A stretch of DNA of 64,000 nt from Schmidtea polychroa (taxonomy: Eukaryota). A program made the translations under genes and the position numbers. This document shows, one piece after another, positions 59,599-64,000 of the stretch. Under the pieces are notes generated by a model, which worked only from the letters and a program-made list of their open reading frames with translations, was not told the origin of the DNA and ran no database searches. The first letter of the stretch is position 1. Each line of letters begins with the position of its first letter. Location: positions 90,520,001 through 90,584,000 of the forward strand of contig CM097886.1 of assembly GCA_044892525.1 (NCBI GenBank), written 5' to 3'.

Positions 59599-59812
59599 AG
59601 TAGTGGATGTATGGCCTTCACGCCACCACCCTACCCCTCCTAATCCATCTAAAAAACCCTTAATATTTAAACATTTTCATCTTTTTAACCCTTTATTTTT
59701 ACATCTTTTATTCATAAAAACCCCTAATTTACCAAGCCACTAGCCATATGACACCATCTGATAGGACACTGAGGAAATAGGTTAACGGCGTGAAGGCCAT
59801 ACATCCACTACT
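59599..59812. repeat. Perfect 26-bp inverted repeat starting AGTAGT (Polinton-type terminus)
   Basis: AGTAGTGGATGTATGGCCTTCACGCC at 59599-59624, exact reverse complement at 59787-59812; 83 bp upstream of the ZnF/pPolB ORF. Confidence 0.9.
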
Positions 59813-59894
59813 ATGAAAAATATAAAATTTTTAAATCTTAAAAACTAGCAAGCCGCGCAGTTTGTATACCCAATAAAAAATTTTTTTTTTAAAA

Positions 59895-60494
59895 ATGAAT
59901 TGCGGTATATGCAATAAAAATTTTAAAAATAGAGCAGCATTAATATCACACCAAAAATCTAAAGAGCATTTATTAAAGACGGTTGGACTAAATGATTCAA
60001 ACTCAAAACTTTGTCTTAAATGTAAACAAAGATATTTACTTTTAGGATATGATAAACATTTTAAAAACTGTATTGGGATTAAAAGAAATAAAAAAAAATT
60101 TGAATGTCCTATATGTAGATCAAAATTCACCACAGAATCTTATTATTTAAAACATTTAAAAGAATGTGCTATTGTTAAAAGAGATCCTGGAGACTCTGAA
60201 GAAGAAGATATAAAACTTAGAGAAGAAGAAGAATATGAAGAAGAAAAAGAAAAATATAATTGGGATAACTTTAACCATGTAGATAAATTTGAACAAACAT
60301 TTATATCCTCTTCATCTTTAGAGTATATAAATAAAAATAAAAAAAACATAAAAAAATCAATGGAAGATGCTATAAAAAAATTTGGTAAATCAAGATTTAA
60401 TATTATTAAATATAAAATTAGAATCCATTCAAGATATTGGAGAGGAGAAGATGCAACAGCTTTATATTCAGGAATTATCACCCCAACAAAATAG
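59895..60494 (+). CDS. C2H2 zinc-finger N-terminal region of a Polinton-type pPolB gene
   Basis: CGICNKNFKNRAALISHQKSKEH, CLKCKQRY....YDKHFKNC, CPICRSKFTTESYYLKHLKEC; abuts the PolB fragment out of frame. Confidence 0.7.
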   Translation: MNCGICNKNFKNRAALISHQKSKEHLLKTVGLNDSNSKLCLKCKQRYLLLGYDKHFKNCIGIKRNKKKFECPICRSKFTTESYYLKHLKECAIVKRDPGDSEEEDIKLREEEEYEEEKEKYNWDNFNHVDKFEQTFISSSSLEYINKNKKNIKKSMEDAIKKFGKSRFNIIKYKIRIHSRYWRGEDATALYSGIITPTK

Positions 60495-61752
60495 ACCTAC
60501 ATCCGTAAAACTTTTATGTGATCAAACTGATAAAACTTGGTATCTTTGTCATTATCGACTGTTACAATTTTATCTTTCTCATGGAATGAAAATAAAAAAT
60601 ATACATTCTATAATAAAGTTTTCCCAACTTCCATTTATGAAAACCTTTATAGAGGGAAATATTAAATCTAGGAATGAAGCAAAAAGAAATGGAAACGCTT
60701 TCCTCGATATGATTTATAAACTTTTAAATAATTCAGTCTTTGGAAAGACAATGGAAAATGTTGACAAATATACTCGTGTAGAATTATTGACAAATAGTTC
60801 AAAGGATTTTGCAAGGTATAATCGAATGCTTTCAAAACCTACATTTAAAAATGCAGAAGTATTCTCCAAGAACCTTGTAGCCGTTGAACTAAAAAATAGT
60901 GAAAAGACTTATAACAAACCAATCTTTATAGGTTTTACCATTTTAGAATTATCAAAACTTCAAATGTATGAAACCTATTATGATATTCTACTACCACATT
61001 TTAAAAATAGAATATCTATGCATGCAATGGATACCGACAGTATGTTTTTAAAAATATATACTAAAAACTTAAAAGAGGAAATATCTGAAAATGAAATCCT
61101 AAGGAATTTAATAAATTCATCTGGAGAATTATTCACCTTTAAAGATGCAAAACCAAATACTCCAATAATTGATGCTGTATTTATTAGAGCCAAACAATAT
61201 TCACTAGAAATGATTGAAGCCCCAAAGACTGAAACCCATTCAATTAAAATCATGGATCAAACATTTGATATACCAGTATTAATACCTTCAAAACTTAAAA
61301 CATCTAAAGATAATAAAAATAAAGGTATACAGAAATCAGTTTCTAGAACTATACCCCATCAAGACTATAAGGATATTCTAAATAAAAATCAACCAGATAA
61401 ACTAGTTCAAGTTCATCAACTTAAATCTGAAAAGCATAACATGTATTTAGAAGAATCAAATAAAATATCATTATCAAATTATGATGATAAGAGGTATATT
61501 TTATCAGATTTAAAAAAGACACTTCCAATTGGAAATGATATGATTCCACATATAAAAAATTTAAAGAATCAGATTTCAGATCTTCAACTTTATCAACTTC
61601 GAATACTTTATCCTGAAAGCCGAAATGACTATTTGGAATTAGATCTAGAACAAAATCCTATAAACCTAAATGATTACATCTTAGACGTTAAAACAATATC
61701 ATCTTCAGTCATCCATGATGGAAACTCATTCTTAATGCTTAAAAATGACTGA
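60382..61752 (+). CDS. Protein-primed family B DNA polymerase, C-terminal half (Polinton/Maverick/adintovirus type); homology starts ~60470
   Basis: KLL.D..DK..Y..HYR.LQ.Y...G.K...IH..I.F.Q, YKLLNNSVFGKTMENV, NKPIFIGFTILELSKL.MY, MDTDS, RAKQYS, KGI, LSNYDDKRYIL; exonuclease region absent. Confidence 0.92.
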   Translation: MVNQDLILLNIKLESIQDIGEEKMQQLYIQELSPQQNRPTSVKLLCDQTDKTWYLCHYRLLQFYLSHGMKIKNIHSIIKFSQLPFMKTFIEGNIKSRNEAKRNGNAFLDMIYKLLNNSVFGKTMENVDKYTRVELLTNSSKDFARYNRMLSKPTFKNAEVFSKNLVAVELKNSEKTYNKPIFIGFTILELSKLQMYETYYDILLPHFKNRISMHAMDTDSMFLKIYTKNLKEEISENEILRNLINSSGELFTFKDAKPNTPIIDAVFIRAKQYSLEMIEAPKTETHSIKIMDQTFDIPVLIPSKLKTSKDNKNKGIQKSVSRTIPHQDYKDILNKNQPDKLVQVHQLKSEKHNMYLEESNKISLSNYDDKRYILSDLKKTLPIGNDMIPHIKNLKNQISDLQLYQLRILYPESRNDYLELDLEQNPINLNDYILDVKTISSSVIHDGNSFLMLKND

Positions 61753-62148
61753 AATATTTGAAAACTTAAAGTCTTTAACAGATGGTAAAATACTTTTATC
61801 CAAAACATTTTTGAATGATATTATTAAAGCTTTGAATAGACCATCTATTTCAATAATAAAAACTTTTTCTTTTATAGTTTTAGCATCTTTTGTACTTGCT
61901 TTTTTACATTCTCTTGTTCTACCTTGGCTAAAGTCTTTCTGGACTTCGTTCAACTGTTGTTTTAGACAATCTCTTTCAATCTCGATATCATTTATAATCC
62001 AAAGTAATACAGGCTCTCGAATGGCAAGTTGCACAGCGAGCAAGGCTTTATCCTCTGAAGATTTCTCATTATATTCTTTTAATGCAAGACTTGATTCCTT
62101 TTTAATAATAGGATTACTGTTTATCAAGTTTAAAACACGTTCATTCAT
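61732..62148 (-). CDS. Polinton-associated hypothetical protein (coiled-coil), convergent with pPolB
   Basis: 138-aa ATG ORF in a tightly packed same-strand gene run. Confidence 0.5.
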   Translation of the reverse strand: MNERVLNLINSNPIIKKESSLALKEYNEKSSEDKALLAVQLAIREPVLLWIINDIEIERDCLKQQLNEVQKDFSQGRTRECKKASTKDAKTIKEKVFIIEIDGLFKALIISFKNVLDKSILPSVKDFKFSNISVIFKH

Positions 62149-62293
62149 TTATTAAAGCTTTTAAATATGATACTGGTTGCATCTAAAATATCTTCAACAT
62201 CTTCAGTCGTAGAGACTTCGGGTAAAGGTCCTGAGGCTAAAGGATCTTTTCTTTTATATTTCTTAGACTTGATGCATTTATGATTTTTTTCAA

Positions 62294-62560
62294 CTACATT
62301 ACTTGAACAATCATTACAATAAACACCCTCTTCATTTTAGTTGTATGCCTATAAGGAGAATCAATTCCTAAATCTTTTCTAATTCTTCTCATTGTAGAAT
62401 CTGAAGTACCAATCATTTTACAAATTTGAGTTTGAGAAAAAGTAGGGTTTTCACTCTTTATTCTAGCAAATTCAAAAGCCTTCTCTTCTTGTTGAATCTT
62501 ATTTAATATTAAAGGATCAATTATTGAAAGCTGTTCAATTTTTTTTATAAAGACATCCAT
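62294..62560 (-). CDS. Small helix-turn-helix protein
   Basis: NPTFSQTQICKMIGTSDSTMRRIRKDLGI fits an HTH pattern. Confidence 0.65.
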   Translation of the reverse strand: MDVFIKKIEQLSIIDPLILNKIQQEEKAFEFARIKSENPTFSQTQICKMIGTSDSTMRRIRKDLGIDSPYRHTTKMKRVFIVMIVQVM

Positions 62561-62562
62561 TT

Positions 62563-62790
62563 TTATATGTTTAATTTCTTAATCAGTTGAGGAAATAAAG
62601 CAAAATAATATTCTCCTCTTATTATTTGGTCTCGGGGAGATAAAGATTGAAATTTAGTTATTTTATTTAAATAATCACAGTCATTATTTCCTACAAGATA
62701 AAAGATGTAACACTTTTCACCTATTCTAATTTTATCCTCTAATGATAAACTTCTAAAATCATTCAACCTAGATTTCATTATTTCTTCCAT
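62563..62790 (-). CDS. Polinton-associated hypothetical protein (75 aa)
   Basis: ATG ORF ending 3 nt before the HTH gene; internal repeat of I.IGE.CY / IIRGEYY. Confidence 0.55.
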   Translation of the reverse strand: MEEIMKSRLNDFRSLSLEDKIRIGEKCYIFYLVGNNDCDYLNKITKFQSLSPRDQIIRGEYYFALFPQLIKKLNI

Positions 62791-62824
62791 TTTTAAATTA
62801 AAAATTATATAGTCTTACGAAGTC

Positions 62825-63388
62825 TTACGACGAAGTCTTTAACCATTTCTCTCGTTGTATTTTTTTAGAATATTCATTATTTTTAACCTTTGTAGTTTTC
62901 AACTTTATAACTTCATTTTTAATATCCCTTATTATTTGATTTGATTTCATTATTTCTTCATCTGTTAGGATTCCATCTTCCAAAGCTTTCAATTGAAATA
63001 AAAATAATTTTGATATTCCCAAGTCTATTGTCAGACAAACTTCACGATATAAACTTTTCTTTTTTGAAGTATAAGATAAAGAAAGTATTTCAGTCAAGAA
63101 AGAATCTGCAACAGAAATACTTCCAAGTATTACGGGTGCAAGAGTAACAACTGGTAAAGTTATAGGTAAAACAATTGTAAGTATTGCAGATGTAAATCCT
63201 AAGGAGTAACCTATAATCTTTAAAGCTGTATTCCCATTATTCCATCTTTTTTTAATTTTTTTATAATGCTTCAGTAAGTCTTGTAAATGTAAAGTTTCTG
63301 ATTTAAATTCTTTCACTCTCATGACTTCAAGTTCTGTAGGAGCTGATGGAATCTTTGGATATTGTACTTCTCGACTTCGTACTTCCAT
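62825..63388 (-). CDS. Polinton-associated membrane protein
   Basis: Basic segment, hydrophobic hairpin (IIGYSLGFTSAILTIVLPITLPVVTLAPVILGSISV), then KALEDGILTDEEI. Confidence 0.65.
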   Translation of the reverse strand: MEVRSREVQYPKIPSAPTELEVMRVKEFKSETLHLQDLLKHYKKIKKRWNNGNTALKIIGYSLGFTSAILTIVLPITLPVVTLAPVILGSISVADSFLTEILSLSYTSKKKSLYREVCLTIDLGISKLFLFQLKALEDGILTDEEIMKSNQIIRDIKNEVIKLKTTKVKNNEYSKKIQREKWLKTSS

Positions 63389-63536
63389 TTTAATAATTAA
63401 AAAAATAAGACTTTATTATCTGGTACCAACACTCGAATATCATAAGAAGCTCTTTTTGAGAGAATGTCTTTATACAATTCTATCAACGCATTACGAACTT
63501 CATCAACATCAACCTTTTTTTCATAAAATATTAAAT

Positions 63537-63992
63537 TTATATATTGTACAAGTGTGCTTTTAAAAATAATATTCTTACTTTTAATTTATGTGTTTTATGT
63601 GAATCAGTTTTATCATGCCAATGTCCGTGTGGTAAATCATAACCAGTTATTATAACATCACCCTTTTCAAACTTACTATTATAATCACATTTCACAAACC
63701 ATTTCATTGTTTCGCCATCATCATTAAATAAAAAGAAATAAGGATCAATAATCTTTACAACCATAAAACAAGACCATTCTTTACTATTTGTTGTTATTAA
63801 AGTTGGTTCTATAAAATGTTTATATCTATTGGGTAATAATGTATTATTCTGTTCTAATTCAGCAGCTCTTTTTCTAATAGTGTGTGTGGTGTTAATGTGT
63901 GTTGTATGAGACTCTAATTTAACAAGTCTTACATTAAATGATGTAATCATGTCATTTATTATATTATATATTGTATTAAATTTAGTATTCAT
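63537..63992 (-). CDS. Polinton-associated hypothetical protein (151 aa, possible OB-like C-terminal part)
   Basis: ATG ORF; beta-rich C-terminus with FEKGDVIIITGY; element probably continues beyond the window. Confidence 0.5.
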   Translation of the reverse strand: MNTKFNTIYNIINDMITSFNVRLVKLESHTTHINTTHTIRKRAAELEQNNTLLPNRYKHFIEPTLITTNSKEWSCFMVVKIIDPYFFLFNDDGETMKWFVKCDYNSKFEKGDVIITGYDLPHGHWHDKTDSHKTHKLKVRILFLKAHLYNI

Positions 63993-64000
63993 AATTTGTT

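Noticed and set aside
1-64000. CRISPR arrays, rRNA, tRNA genes
   Set aside because: Eukaryotic DNA; no repeat-spacer arrays, rRNA motifs or cloverleaf with A/B boxes seen. The tRNA-Trp match is only the 18-nt PBS.

Overview
AT-rich eukaryotic (animal-type) genomic DNA with very short introns (about 43-110 nt) and heavy transposon load; two assembly gaps (32082-32230, 48519-48690). I cannot name the species. The only clearly recognisable intact host gene is a spliced ACTL6/BAF53 (Arp4) gene (20031-25480, minus). Also present are five dispersed intronless paralogues of a ~80-aa signal-peptide + single-TM microprotein, a deleted RACK1 copy and two low-complexity exons. The centrepiece is a young 14.0-kb Ty3/Gypsy LTR retrotransposon (30943-44963, minus; 1.08-kb LTRs with about 5 differences, TATT target duplication, tRNA-Trp PBS, PPT) with an unusual gene order: gag (four Zn knuckles, Ubl-like domain, AT-hook), chuvirus-type class III glycoprotein (env), pol (PR-RT-RH-UGA-IN), FN3-like membrane protein, and an AlkB-like/DEDD-exonuclease-like ORF. 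This copy carries several lesions. The rest is a mosaic of Penelope-like elements with inverted arms and hammerhead motifs, a decayed Helitron, hAT/piggyBac/pogo/mariner derivatives, solo LTRs and Polinton/Maverick pieces (pPolB, packaging ATPase, AGTAG-terminated inverted repeats). All protein family calls were made by eye from motifs; no searches were run.
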